In this document: positions 19,316 to 32,365 of the stretch, one piece after another
Layout of the letters: every line of letters begins with the position of its first letter
How positions within the stretch are numbered: position 1 is the first letter of the stretch
Source of the DNA: Betaproteobacteria bacterium
GTDB taxonomy: Bacteria; Pseudomonadota; Gammaproteobacteria; Burkholderiales; SG8-41
Direction of reading: 5' to 3'
NCBI GenBank assembly: GCA_043752435.1
Contig: JAYUYQ010000077.1
Location: forward strand, 1-35,326
DNA: 35,326 nt
Made by a program: the position numbers and the translations under genes
The notes under the pieces: model-generated
Database searches by the model: none
Told to the model about the DNA's origin: nothing
The model's input: only the letters and a program-made list of their open reading frames with translations

Positions 19316-20322
19316 GCCGGAATGCCGGACTTGAGCGAAACAAAGACATGAACATGAGCGAGCAGGAACAGATACGGAAACAGGGGCTGCGCGGCACCTT
19401 GTGTCGCGACGAGCCCATGGCGCGTCATGTCAGCTGGCGCGCAGGGGGGCGCGCCCGCTGTGCTTATGCGCCGGCTGACCTCGATGACATGGCGGTGTTC
19501 CTGCGCGGCTTGCCCGATGGTGAACCGGTTTACATGGTGGGGCTGGGCAGCAACCTGCTGGTGCGCGATGGTGGCTACGACGGCACGGTGATTTTCACGC
19601 ACTGGGCGCTGCGCGATGTGCGGGTGGTGCTGACCGCGCCGATGGGTGGCGAAATCACGGCACAGGCCGGCGTGGCGAGTCCCAAGGTGGCGCGTGTCGC
19701 GGCATTGAGCAACCTCGCTGGCGCGGAATTCCTTGCCGGCATTCCGGGAACCGTCGGCGGCGCGGTGGCGATGAATGCGGGTTGTTATGGCGGCGAAACC
19801 TGGGACATCGTGGCCCAGGTTGAAACCATAGACCGCGCCGGCGTGCTGCGTGTGCGCACCCCCGGCCATTACACCGTCGGTTATCGCAGCGTCGAGCGCC
19901 GCTGCCGGCAGTTGTCGAACATCCCGGGCAGCAGCGCCCTTAAACACGATGACGCCGAGGAATGGTTTGTGTCCGCGACCTTCCGTCTGCCGCGCGGCGA
20001 TGGGGTCGAGGCGCGGGCAAAAATAAAAACCCTGCTCTCGCAGCGTATTGCCGCCCAACCGCTTGGGGAACCCAATGCCGGGTCGGTATTCCGCAATCCG
20101 CCGGGTGACCACGCGGCGCGGCTGATCGAAGCCTGCGGCCTGAAGGGCCGGAGGATCGGTGGCGCGGCCATTTCGGCGAAACACTCGAACTTCATCGTCA
20201 ACGCCGGTGGTGCGAGCGCTGCGGATATCGAGGCCTTGATCGAACTCGCGCAGTACACGGTACAGCAACGTTTTGGCGTCGCGCTGGAGCGCGAAGTGCG
20301 GGTGATCGGGGAGCGGGCATGA
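19312..20322 (+). CDS. murB: UDP-N-acetylenolpyruvoylglucosamine reductase MurB
   Basis: FAD-binding domain motifs (...[13 protein letters not shown]..., [29 protein letters not shown]) and the C-terminal motif GSVFRNP. The GTG at 19312 overlaps the murC stop. Alternative ATG starts are at 19348 and 19354. Confidence 0.9.
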   Translation: MSRNAGLERNKDMNMSEQEQIRKQGLRGTLCRDEPMARHVSWRAGGRARCAYAPADLDDMAVFLRGLPDGEPVYMVGLGSNLLVRDGGYDGTVIFTHWALRDVRVVLTAPMGGEITAQAGVASPKVARVAALSNLAGAEFLAGIPGTVGGAVAMNAGCYGGETWDIVAQVETIDRAGVLRVRTPGHYTVGYRSVERRCRQLSNIPGSSALKHDDAEEWFVSATFRLPRGDGVEARAKIKTLLSQRIAAQPLGEPNAGSVFRNPPGDHAARLIEACGLKGRRIGGAAISAKHSNFIVNAGGASAADIEALIELAQYTVQQRFGVALEREVRVIGERA

Positions 20323-20341
20323 CGGGGAAAGCGCAACAGGC

Positions 20342-21253
20342 ATGAGTGGATTCGGAAAAATCGCGGTGTTGATGGGCGGCTTGAGCGCCGAGCGTGAAAT
20401 ATCGCTGATGAGCGGTGGCAACGTGCTTGAAGCCTTGTGCAAAACCGGTATGGATGCCCATGCCTTTGATCCCGCCGAGCGGGAAATCTTCGAGTTGAAG
20501 CGCGATGGCTTTGCGCGGGTGTTCATCGCGCTGCACGGGCGTTACGGCGAGGACGGTACGGTGCAGGGTGCGCTGGAGCTGATGCGCATCCCGTACACCG
20601 GCAGCGGCGTGATGGCTTCGGCGCTGGCCATGGACAAGGTGCGCACAAAAATGGTGTGGACCGCTGCGGGCATTCCGACGCCGCGTTTCGAAGTGATCGA
20701 CGCGCAGAGCGACTGGGCCGGCGTGGCCGGCCGTCTCGGCCTGCCGCTGATCGTCAAGCCGGTGCGCGAAGGTTCGACCATCGGGCTGACCAAGGTGCTG
20801 CAGGCGACGGATCTGCCGCAGGCGTATGCCACGGCGGCGAAGCATGATCCGCTGGTGATGGCGGAGGAATTCATCAGCGGGCAGGAGCTGACCGCCGGGT
20901 TCCTCGGCGAAACGGCCCTTCCGCTGATTCGCATTGAGGCGCCGCAGGGCAATTACGATTACCAGAACAAGTATTTCAACGACAACACCAAATACCACTG
21001 CCCCTGCGGACTGCCCGATGCCGAGGAGCAGCGCATCCGTGAGCTGGTGATGAAGAGCGCGCGGGCGCTGGGCTGTGCCGGCTGGGGGCGCGCCGACCTG
21101 ATCCGTCGCACCGACGGCAGCGTACAGTTCCTCGAAATGAATACTTCGCCGGGCATGACCGGGCACAGCCTGGTGCCGATGGCGGCGAAGCAGGCGGGGT
21201 TGTCATTCACCGATCTGGTGGTACGGATACTGGAGCTGGCCCATGTGGGATAA
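20342..21253 (+). CDS. ddl: D-alanine--D-alanine ligase
   Basis: 303 aa. Motifs [36 protein letters not shown] and LPLIVKP..EGS..G, with the ATP-grasp C-terminus EMNTSPGMT. Confidence 0.93.
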   Translation: MSGFGKIAVLMGGLSAEREISLMSGGNVLEALCKTGMDAHAFDPAEREIFELKRDGFARVFIALHGRYGEDGTVQGALELMRIPYTGSGVMASALAMDKVRTKMVWTAAGIPTPRFEVIDAQSDWAGVAGRLGLPLIVKPVREGSTIGLTKVLQATDLPQAYATAAKHDPLVMAEEFISGQELTAGFLGETALPLIRIEAPQGNYDYQNKYFNDNTKYHCPCGLPDAEEQRIRELVMKSARALGCAGWGRADLIRRTDGSVQFLEMNTSPGMTGHSLVPMAAKQAGLSFTDLVVRILELAHVG

Positions 21254-21977
21254 GCCCGCAGCGCTTAACACTTTGGCCGATCTGCTGTTTGTCGCGGCCT
21301 TGCTCGGCCTGCTGTATGCCGGCGTGGCCTACGCCGTGCGCCTGCCGGCGTTTTCAATCAATGCAGTGCGCGTGGTGACGCCGCTGGTGCATGTCACTCG
21401 CGAACAAGTCGAGGAGATCGTCCGTCGCGAAGTGCGCGGCACGTTGTTCACGCTGCAGCTGGGATCGGCCCGCGCGGCTTTCGAGAAAATGCCGTGGGTG
21501 CGCAGCGCCGATTTACGCCGGCAGTGGCCGGGCGGGCTGGAGGTTGCGTTGACGGAACACCGGCCGCTGGCGCGCTGGGGCAAGGATGCTCTGGTCAATG
21601 TCCATGGCGAAGTCTTTGAAGCGGCGTTCGACGGCGCCTTGCCGGTATTCAATGGCCCTGCAGGATCCGCCAAGGAAATGACCATCCAGTACGACTTGTT
21701 CCGGCGCAGCCTGGCAACAATTGAAAAAATACCCCGTGAAATAAACGTGTCGCCGCGGCGCGCGTGGCAGATCCGGCTCGACGACGGCATGACTCTGGAT
21801 CTCGGGCGAGAACAGGTTGAAGCGCGGCTGCGGCGGTTTGTCGTCACTTATCCGCGGACGATTGCGCGCATGACCAGCCCCGTAGACCGCGTCGATTTGC
21901 GCTACGCCAATGGATTTGCTGCGCGGGTACCGGGTCTGCCGCCTGCAACAGAACCCCGGCAAAAGCGCGGAGCTTAG
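21243..21977 (+). CDS. ftsQ: Cell division protein FtsQ
   Basis: 244 aa. It has an N-terminal TM segment ([22 protein letters not shown]) followed by a POTRA-like region. It sits in the canonical position between ddl and ftsA and overlaps the ddl 3' end by 11 nt. Confidence 0.88.
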   Translation: MWDKPAALNTLADLLFVAALLGLLYAGVAYAVRLPAFSINAVRVVTPLVHVTREQVEEIVRREVRGTLFTLQLGSARAAFEKMPWVRSADLRRQWPGGLEVALTEHRPLARWGKDALVNVHGEVFEAAFDGALPVFNGPAGSAKEMTIQYDLFRRSLATIEKIPREINVSPRRAWQIRLDDGMTLDLGREQVEARLRRFVVTYPRTIARMTSPVDRVDLRYANGFAARVPGLPPATEPRQKRGA

Positions 21978-21980
21978 GAA

Positions 21981-23231
21981 ATGACAGGGACCATGAACAA
22001 AACCAGGGAAAACAAGAAATTGGTGGTCGGACTCGACATCGGTACGTCGAAGATCGTCGCCATTGTCGCCGAACTCAAACCCGAGGGCGGCTTCGAAATC
22101 ATCGGCATGGGCAGCCACCCCTCGCGCGGTTTGAAAAAGGGCGTGGTGGTCAACATCGAAACCACGGTCAATGCCATCCAGCGCGCACTGGAGGAGGCGG
22201 AGCTGATGGCCGATTGCAAAATCCGCGAGGTTTATACCGGCATCGCCGGCAACCACATCAAGAGTTTCAACTCGCAGGGCATGGTCGCGATCAAGGACAA
22301 GGAGGTCGCGCAGATGGACATCGACCGGGTGATCGAGACCGCCAAGGCGGTGCAGATCCCGAACGATCAGCAGATCCTGCATGTGCTCAATCAGGAATTC
22401 ATCATCGATGGTCAGGAGGACGTGCGCGAGCCGTTGGGCATGTCGGGGGTGCGACTCGAGGTCAAGGTGCATATCGTTACCGGTGCGGTGTCCGCGGCGC
22501 AGAACATCATCAAGTGTGTGCGTCGTTGCGGCCTGGAAGTCAACGACTTGATCCTGCAGCCGCTGGCCTCATCCGTTGCGGTGCTGTCGGACGATGAAAA
22601 AGACCTTGGTGTCTGTTTGATCGACATTGGTGGCGGAACCACAGACATGGCGGTGTTTACCCACGGTGCGATCCGCCATACCGCGGTGATCCCGATTGCC
22701 GGCGACCAGATCACCAACGACATCGCGATGGCCTTGCGCACGCCGACCAAGGACGCCGAGGACATCAAGCAACGTTTCGGCTGCGCACTGTCGCAACTGG
22801 CCGACCCGCAGGAGATGGTTGATGTGCCGGGTGTCGGCGACCGCAGTTCGCGTCAGCTCTCGTGCAAGACCCTGTCCGAAGTCATCGAGCCACGAGTTGA
22901 GGAGCTGTACTCGCTGGTGCAGACGGAACTGCGGCGCAGCGGTTACGAGGAGCTTCTGTCCTCGGGTGTTGTGCTGACCGGCGGCTCCAGCGCGATGCGC
23001 GGCATGGTCGAACTGGGTGAGGAGATTTTTCACATGCCGGTGCGCATCGGCTTGCCGCATTACACGGGAGGCCTTGCCGAAGTAGTGCGCAGCACCCGTT
23101 ATGCGACGGGGGTCGGCCTGCTGATTGCGGGCGCCAATGAGCATCGACAGCGCGATGCCGCGCGCATGCATGTCAACAGCTTCCAGCAGGTGCTGGAACG
23201 GATGAAACACTGGTTTACGGGGAATTTCTGA
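21981..23231 (+). CDS. ftsA: Cell division protein FtsA
   Basis: Actin-like ATPase motifs VVGLDIGTSKI and LIDIGGGTTDMAVF, with a C-terminal amphipathic tail (QQVLERMKHWFTGNF). An alternative ATG is at 21993. Confidence 0.94.
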   Translation: MTGTMNKTRENKKLVVGLDIGTSKIVAIVAELKPEGGFEIIGMGSHPSRGLKKGVVVNIETTVNAIQRALEEAELMADCKIREVYTGIAGNHIKSFNSQGMVAIKDKEVAQMDIDRVIETAKAVQIPNDQQILHVLNQEFIIDGQEDVREPLGMSGVRLEVKVHIVTGAVSAAQNIIKCVRRCGLEVNDLILQPLASSVAVLSDDEKDLGVCLIDIGGGTTDMAVFTHGAIRHTAVIPIAGDQITNDIAMALRTPTKDAEDIKQRFGCALSQLADPQEMVDVPGVGDRSSRQLSCKTLSEVIEPRVEELYSLVQTELRRSGYEELLSSGVVLTGGSSAMRGMVELGEEIFHMPVRIGLPHYTGGLAEVVRSTRYATGVGLLIAGANEHRQRDAARMHVNSFQQVLERMKHWFTGNF

Positions 23232-23336
23232 TTTTGATGATTGCAGCGGTAAGTAAGGATTTGTTCGAAGGTTTTTACGGGATGGCGGGATTATTTATTT
23301 TCAACGTTATTTTGTTTGCGTATAAAGGAGATTCAC

Positions 23337-24497
23337 ATGATTGAACTGATTGATGCACAAGCGCAGGAAGCGGTAATCAAGGTGATCGGGGTCGGTGGTT
23401 GCGGCGGCAATGCGGTGGACCACATGATCGTCCAGGGCGTGCAGGGCGTGGAGTTCATCTGCGCCAATACGGACGCTCAGGCGCTCAAGCGCAATCAGGC
23501 GAAGACACAGCTGCAACTGGGCAGTGAAATTACCAAGGGGCTGGGCGCTGGCGCCAATCCAGAGATCGGTCGCCAGGCTGCACTTGAGGATCGGGAGCGC
23601 ATCGCAGAGATGATCTCCGGCGCGGACATGTTATTCCTGACCGCGGGCATGGGCGGGGGTACCGGCACGGGTGCTGCACCGGTGGTGGCCGAAGTCGCCA
23701 AGGAGATGGGCATCCTGACAGTAGCCGTGGTCACCAAGCCGTTCGCTTTCGAGGGCAAACGACAGCGCCTGGCGCAGGAAGGCCTGGACGCGCTGGCGCA
23801 GCATGTCGATTCGCTGATCGTGATCCCCAACGACAAGTTGATGCAGGTCCTCGGCAACTCGATCACGCTGGATGAAGCATTTCGCGCGGCCAATGACGTT
23901 CTTCACGGCGCAGTCGCCGGCATCGCCGAAATTATCAGCTGCCCCGGCATGATCAACGTCGATTTTGCCGACGTGCGCACCGTGATGGGCGAGATGGGCA
24001 TGGCGATGATGGGATCCGCAAAGGCCGCCGGTATCGGACGTGCGCGCGAAGCGGCCGAGCAGGCGGTGGCTTGCCCGCTGCTGGAAGACATTAATATTTC
24101 CGACGCGCGTGGCGTGCTGGTGAATATCTCCGCCAGCAAGGCGACATTTCAGCTGCAGGAAATGTATGACGTTATGGAAACCATCAAGGCTTTTGCTGCG
24201 GATTCAGCGACCGTCATCGTCGGCACCGTCTATGACGAAAGCCTCGAAGATGCCCTGCGGGTAACGATCGTGGCGACCGGCCTTGGGAAGCCGCTGATTC
24301 GGCAAAACGCAAAACCGATGATCGTGATGGCGCAGAAAACCGGCACCGACAACATGATCATGGAAGTCGACTACAACGCACTGGAACAGCCGGCCGTGAT
24401 CCGCCGCCGTAACCGTGACGCGACGGTTGAAGCCATGCGCCAGTCCGGCGTCGACATGCTCGATATCCCGGCATTTTTGCGCAAACAGGCCGACTGA
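23337..24497 (+). CDS. ftsZ: Cell division GTPase FtsZ
   Basis: The ORF opens at 23316 (TTG), but the ATG at 23337 lies 7 nt after AAGGAG. Motifs are IKVIGVGGCGGNAV, the tubulin signature GMGGGTGTGAAPVVA, and the conserved C-terminal peptide DIPAFLRKQAD. Confidence 0.96.
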   Translation: MIELIDAQAQEAVIKVIGVGGCGGNAVDHMIVQGVQGVEFICANTDAQALKRNQAKTQLQLGSEITKGLGAGANPEIGRQAALEDRERIAEMISGADMLFLTAGMGGGTGTGAAPVVAEVAKEMGILTVAVVTKPFAFEGKRQRLAQEGLDALAQHVDSLIVIPNDKLMQVLGNSITLDEAFRAANDVLHGAVAGIAEIISCPGMINVDFADVRTVMGEMGMAMMGSAKAAGIGRAREAAEQAVACPLLEDINISDARGVLVNISASKATFQLQEMYDVMETIKAFAADSATVIVGTVYDESLEDALRVTIVATGLGKPLIRQNAKPMIVMAQKTGTDNMIMEVDYNALEQPAVIRRRNRDATVEAMRQSGVDMLDIPAFLRKQAD

Positions 24498-24682
24498 AAT
24501 CTGGAGGGAGGATTGGGCTGGAACGGCGGAGCTTTGCGCCGGTCTGAATGACGGGCCGACGCCTGTGCTGCAGTGCGGCATTATGATAAACTTCGCATGC
24601 TTTCCGGATTATGGTGCACCATGGTCAAAGCGTTAGATTGGTGAACAATTATTGGTAAAACGTTAAAACGATTCATTAAAAC

Positions 24683-25594
24683 GTGATCAAGCAGCGCACA
24701 TTAAAAAACGTGATTCGCGCCACCGGCGTGGGTCTGCATACGGGCGAGAAGGTTCATTTAACCCTGCGTCCGGCGCAGCCGCATACCGGTATTGTGTTCC
24801 GGCGCATTGATCTTGACCCGCCGGTCGAGATCAGGGCGGATCCTTACGCGGTTCACGATACGCGTCTGTCGTCTTGCCTGGAAAAAGACGGCGTGCGCGT
24901 CTCCACCGTGGAACATCTGATGTCGGCGCTGGCCGGTTTGGGTGTGGACAATGTCTGGGTGGATGTCACTGCGCCGGAAGTGCCGATCATGGATGGCAGC
25001 GCCGGCCCCTTTGTATTTCTGCTGCAGTCGGCGGGCATCGAGGAGCAGGAAGTAGCGAAAAAGTTCATCCGTATCCTCAAGCCCGTTGAGGTTCGCGACG
25101 GCGACAAGTGGGTACGTTTCGACCCGCACAATGGTTTCCGACTGGAACTGGCCATTGATTATGCGCATCCGGTGTTCGAGCCCGGCGCGCAATCGGTGGT
25201 TGTTGATTTCGCCACGACGTCCTATGTCAAGGAAGTGGCGCGCGCGCGCACGTTTGGGTTCATGCAGGATGTTGAAAGCATGCGTTCACAGGGTTTGGCG
25301 CTGGGCGGCAGCCTCGACAACGCCATCGTCATGGACGAATACCGCGTGCTTAACCACGACGGCCTGCGTTACGACAATGAATTCGTCAAACACAAGGTGT
25401 TGGATGCAATCGGCGACCTGTATCTGCTAGGGCATCCGCTGATCGGTGCATTCAGCGGGCACAAGTCCGGCCACGCCATGAACAACCGGTTGTTACGTCA
25501 TCTGCTGGAGCAACCCCAGGCGTGGGAATACGTCAGTTTCGACCGTACCGAGGACGCGCCGCCGTTCCTCGCCTGGCAGCCTCAGCTTGCCTGA
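24683..25594 (+). CDS. lpxC: UDP-3-O-acyl-N-acetylglucosamine deacetylase LpxC
   Basis: It starts with GTG. The N-terminus [21 protein letters not shown] is nearly identical to E. coli LpxC. Motifs [22 protein letters not shown] and [14 protein letters not shown] are present. Confidence 0.95.
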   Translation: MIKQRTLKNVIRATGVGLHTGEKVHLTLRPAQPHTGIVFRRIDLDPPVEIRADPYAVHDTRLSSCLEKDGVRVSTVEHLMSALAGLGVDNVWVDVTAPEVPIMDGSAGPFVFLLQSAGIEEQEVAKKFIRILKPVEVRDGDKWVRFDPHNGFRLELAIDYAHPVFEPGAQSVVVDFATTSYVKEVARARTFGFMQDVESMRSQGLALGGSLDNAIVMDEYRVLNHDGLRYDNEFVKHKVLDAIGDLYLLGHPLIGAFSGHKSGHAMNNRLLRHLLEQPQAWEYVSFDRTEDAPPFLAWQPQLA

Positions 25595-25640
25595 TTCCGG
25601 GCCAGTCGCTGCGGCCTGCTACTGATTTCCGGCGTTTTCC

Positions 25641-25826
25641 ATGCTGATCCTCCGTTTGGTTGGTATTTTTGCGTTGATTGCGATCGGCGTGTCGCTGGCC
25701 CTGTATGCACTCAGGCGGGAGCAGCGCTATCTGCGTTTAGCGTGGCGGATTTTCCTCGGCACCCTGGTGTTTGTGGCACTGCTGATGGTGTTTTACATCG
25801 CCGAGCGTCTATTGATGGTGGTTTGA
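25641..25826 (+). CDS. Hypothetical small membrane protein (61 aa, two predicted TM helices)
   Basis: The sequence MLILRLVGIFALIAIGVSLALYAL-RREQRYLR-LAWRIFLGTLVFVALLMVFYIA has two hydrophobic helices separated by a basic loop. No family is recognised and no clear SD is visible. Confidence 0.4.
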   Translation: MLILRLVGIFALIAIGVSLALYALRREQRYLRLAWRIFLGTLVFVALLMVFYIAERLLMVV

Positions 25827-25850
25827 CGGCCGGTTTGCCCGGCCCGTCCG

Positions 25851-26291
25851 TCAACGATCGCTGCGTCGCCGCGCGGCAAATCGGGCTAGTGCTGAACCCA
25901 GGTCGGGATCTTTGACTTGCTTTGACAGCCTTTCAAAATTGTTAATAGAATCAATGGTTAACGGTGTTTTTTGGGTTCGGATTCGCGGTGCCGGAGTGCT
26001 GCGTTCAACTTGAACTTGCACCCGGATTCCAGTAACCTCACCCCCCTGTTTTTGCATATTCTTGAGCAGTCGGGGTGCCTGTTGACGTAGTTTGGCCGCG
26101 ATTGCTCCGTTGTCTGTCGCTATGACCAGCATGCCGTCCCGGTTATTGACCACACGGCTTGCCCGAACCATGTCAGGGGGCGCGCAGACCGCATAAAGCC
26201 GTTGCAGTGCTGTGATGCACTGCGTTGCCCGGGTGAGTGCCGTTAAACCTGCGTTATCGATGATCAGGGCGCTGAGTTTGCGGGTGGGCAT
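25851..26291 (-). CDS. DUF721 domain protein (DciA-like)
   Basis: 146 aa. The central pattern ...RASRVVNNRDGMLVIATDNGAIAAKLRQQAPRLLKNMQ... matches the DUF721 hallmark (G.L.I.....A.A..LR......L). The position between lpxC and secA next to an M23 peptidase gene is, as I recall, the same arrangement seen in pseudomonads. Confidence 0.65.
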   Translation of the reverse strand: MPTRKLSALIIDNAGLTALTRATQCITALQRLYAVCAPPDMVRASRVVNNRDGMLVIATDNGAIAAKLRQQAPRLLKNMQKQGGEVTGIRVQVQVERSTPAPRIRTQKTPLTIDSINNFERLSKQVKDPDLGSALARFAARRRSDR

Positions 26292-26311
26292 GGCGGTAAG
26301 GGAGAGTGGCC

Positions 26312-27229
26312 GTGAATATTATTCTGGTTTCAGAAAAACTGCCAAAAGCGCGAACCATCACGCTGGGATGGCTGCATCTAGCGGGTGCCGTTGCGGTCAT
26401 GGGGTTTATGGTGCTGGCTCTCGCCGGGGCGCTCAATTACGGGATTCTGCGCTTTGCGGCGGAACTTAATATTCCTTACGTCAAGGACATGCTGGTTTCC
26501 ATCCACCAGCGGCAGCAAGAAAAAAACCAGTCCTATCTGCAGGATAACCTGAATGCGATGGCCGTCCAGCTGGGACAGATGCAAGCGCAGTTATTGCGCT
26601 TGGATACCCTGGGTGAGCGCCTGGCCAAGCTCGCCGGTTTCAAGCCGCAGGACCTGATGTTCAATGAGGTGCCGGGCCGCGGTGGAGCGATTTCATCGGT
26701 GCCCAGCCAGAATCTTTCACTCGGCGACTTTACCCGGCAGATGGATCTGTTGACGCAGCAATTGGAAGATCGTGGCGACAAGCTGGGCCTGCTGGAGTCG
26801 ATGTTCACACTGGAGAGCGCCAGGAAAAAACTGATTCCGACCAAGCTCCCGGTTGAGGGCGGCTGGTATTCATCGAACTACGGCTGGCGCATCGATCCGT
26901 TCACCGGACAGCGCGCGTTTCACGAGGGAATAGACTTCATGGCCGAGGATGGCACGCCGATTTATGCGGCGGCTGCAGGCGTCGTGGTCTACTCAGAATT
27001 TCACCCCCAATATGGTAATATGGTTGAGATCGATCACGGCAATGATCTGATCTCCCGGTACGCCCATGCATCGAAGCGTCTGGTGAAAGTCGGCGACGTG
27101 GTGTTGCGAGGTTCGCGAATCGCCGATGTGGGAAGAACGGGTCGCGCAACGGGATCCCATCTGCATTTTGAAGTGCGCCAGCGCGGTGCGGCGAGGAATC
27201 CCTCGCAGTTTCTGCAATTACCCGGCTGA
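26312..27229 (+). CDS. M23 family metallopeptidase (membrane-anchored, coiled-coil plus LytM domain)
   Basis: It has an N-terminal TM segment (LAGAVAVMGFMVLALAGAL) and a coiled-coil region. The LytM catalytic motifs HEGIDF (HxxxD) and GSHLHFEV (HxH) are intact. The start is the GTG at 26312 or at 26306, after taagggagag. Confidence 0.85.
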   Translation: MNIILVSEKLPKARTITLGWLHLAGAVAVMGFMVLALAGALNYGILRFAAELNIPYVKDMLVSIHQRQQEKNQSYLQDNLNAMAVQLGQMQAQLLRLDTLGERLAKLAGFKPQDLMFNEVPGRGGAISSVPSQNLSLGDFTRQMDLLTQQLEDRGDKLGLLESMFTLESARKKLIPTKLPVEGGWYSSNYGWRIDPFTGQRAFHEGIDFMAEDGTPIYAAAAGVVVYSEFHPQYGNMVEIDHGNDLISRYAHASKRLVKVGDVVLRGSRIADVGRTGRATGSHLHFEVRQRGAARNPSQFLQLPG

Positions 27230-27256
27230 ACAGCGGCACTGAGCGCGAGAATTACA

Positions 27257-27286
27257 GGGGTGGGATTATCCCACCCCTTTTTTATT
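27257..27286 (+). terminator. Rho-independent terminator-like hairpin (9-bp perfect stem, 3-nt loop, T-tract)
   Basis: GGGGTGGGA (27257-27265), tta loop, TCCCACCCC (27269-27277), followed by TTTTTTATT. It lies 27 nt after the M23 peptidase stop and ends ~10 nt before the secA start. Confidence 0.85.
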
Positions 27287-27296
27287 CAGGATGTTC

Positions 27297-30116
<2,820 letters not shown>

Positions 30117-30120
30117 TGCC

Positions 30121-31359
<1,239 letters not shown>

Positions 31360-31410
31360 GATGCGGAAGCCGAGATGCATAAGTTAAATAATCAATAAAA
31401 TCATATACTT

Positions 31411-32316
31411 ATGAAGAAGTCGCCGACCGTAGTGCCTGCAGCGCAGATGAGCGATCTGATGGTGCGTGCCGAAACGCTGCTGGCGCGCCTTGAACATCTG
31501 CTGCATGCACCACCGGCCACCATCGACTGGAAAGCGTCGATTGCATTTCGCTGGCGCAAAAAAGCCGCGCAGGGCGCGCTGGAGCCAATCCATCAGGTGC
31601 ATCGCATTGATCTGCGCGACCTGCAGGGCATCGACGAGCAGAAGGACCGCGTCGAGCGCAACACCCGCCAGTTCGTCGATGGTTATCCGGCCAACAACGT
31701 GCTGCTCACCGGAGCGCGCGGTACTGGCAAATCCTCGTTGATCAAGGCGTTGCTGAACAAATATGCATCGCGCGGCCTGCGCCTGATCGAAGTCGAGAAA
31801 CGCGATCTAACCGATCTTCCGGACATCGTCGAACTGATTCATGCACGGCCCGAGCGTTACATCCTGTATTGCGACGACTTGTCCTTCGAGGCCGATGAGC
31901 CGGGGTACAAGGCGCTGAAAGTGGTACTCGACGGCTCGGTGGCTGCGGCGTCCGAGAACTGCCTGATTTATGCAACTTCGAACCGGCGCCACTTGATGCC
32001 GGAGTTCATGCACGAGAACCTCGAGTACCAGCATGTCGGCGAGGAAATCCATCCCGGCGAAACCAGCGAGGAAAAAGTGTCGCTGTCGGAGCGTTTCGGT
32101 CTGTGGGTGTCGTTCTATCCGTTTGACCAGGACGAGTACCTGCGCATCGTCCGCGTCTGGCTGGAACATTTCAAAGTGACTGGCGGCAAAAGTGCTGAAG
32201 TCGAACACGCCGCGCTGCAGTGGGCGCTGATGCGCGGTTCGCGCAGCGGTCGCGTGGCCTGGCAGTTTGCGCGCGACTGGGCGGGCCGTACCCGGCTGGC
32301 TGCTAGACGCAAATGA
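31411..32316 (+). CDS. DUF815-family AAA-type ATP-binding protein
   Basis: 301 aa. Walker A LLTGARGTGKSSLIKAL and Walker B YILYCDDLSF. The overall pattern matches the conserved ~300-aa DUF815 ATPases. Confidence 0.75.
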   Translation: MKKSPTVVPAAQMSDLMVRAETLLARLEHLLHAPPATIDWKASIAFRWRKKAAQGALEPIHQVHRIDLRDLQGIDEQKDRVERNTRQFVDGYPANNVLLTGARGTGKSSLIKALLNKYASRGLRLIEVEKRDLTDLPDIVELIHARPERYILYCDDLSFEADEPGYKALKVVLDGSVAAASENCLIYATSNRRHLMPEFMHENLEYQHVGEEIHPGETSEEKVSLSERFGLWVSFYPFDQDEYLRIVRVWLEHFKVTGGKSAEVEHAALQWALMRGSRSGRVAWQFARDWAGRTRLAARRK

Positions 32317-32365
32317 GCGCAATAAGCGCAAATAAGCGCCAATAAGGGCAAGCAAGCGGCAATGA
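32311..32365 (+). repeat. ~10-bp periodic tandem repeat (consensus AATAAGCGCN, 3 good and 2-3 degenerate units)
   Basis: Read directly from the sequence: aaatgagcgc / aataagcgca / aataagcgcc / aataagggca / agcaagcggc / aatga. It spans exactly from the stop of the DUF815 gene to the ATG of the Nudix fusion gene. Confidence 0.85.

Noticed and set aside
19021-20526. 501-aa ORF on the minus strand, antisense to murC/murB/ddl.
   Set aside because: It is completely overlapped by three plus-strand genes with unambiguous catalytic motifs. Its translation is Arg/Ala/His/Pro-rich low-complexity sequence with no recognisable motif. Long antisense ORFs are expected in GC-rich coding DNA because stop codons are rare.
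24611-24622. Perfect 12-bp palindrome ATGGTGCACCAT in the ftsZ-lpxC spacer, considered as a possible operator.
   Set aside because: Roughly 35,000/4^6, or about 8, perfect 12-bp palindromes are expected by chance in a window of this size. With no repeat or partner site, it is not significant on its own.
31378-31413. 7-bp inverted repeat CATAAGT ... ACTTATG that would pair the DUF815 start codon into a stem.
   Set aside because: It is a short AT-rich stem with a 22-nt loop, and chance occurrence is likely. I note only that this gene lacks a visible SD.
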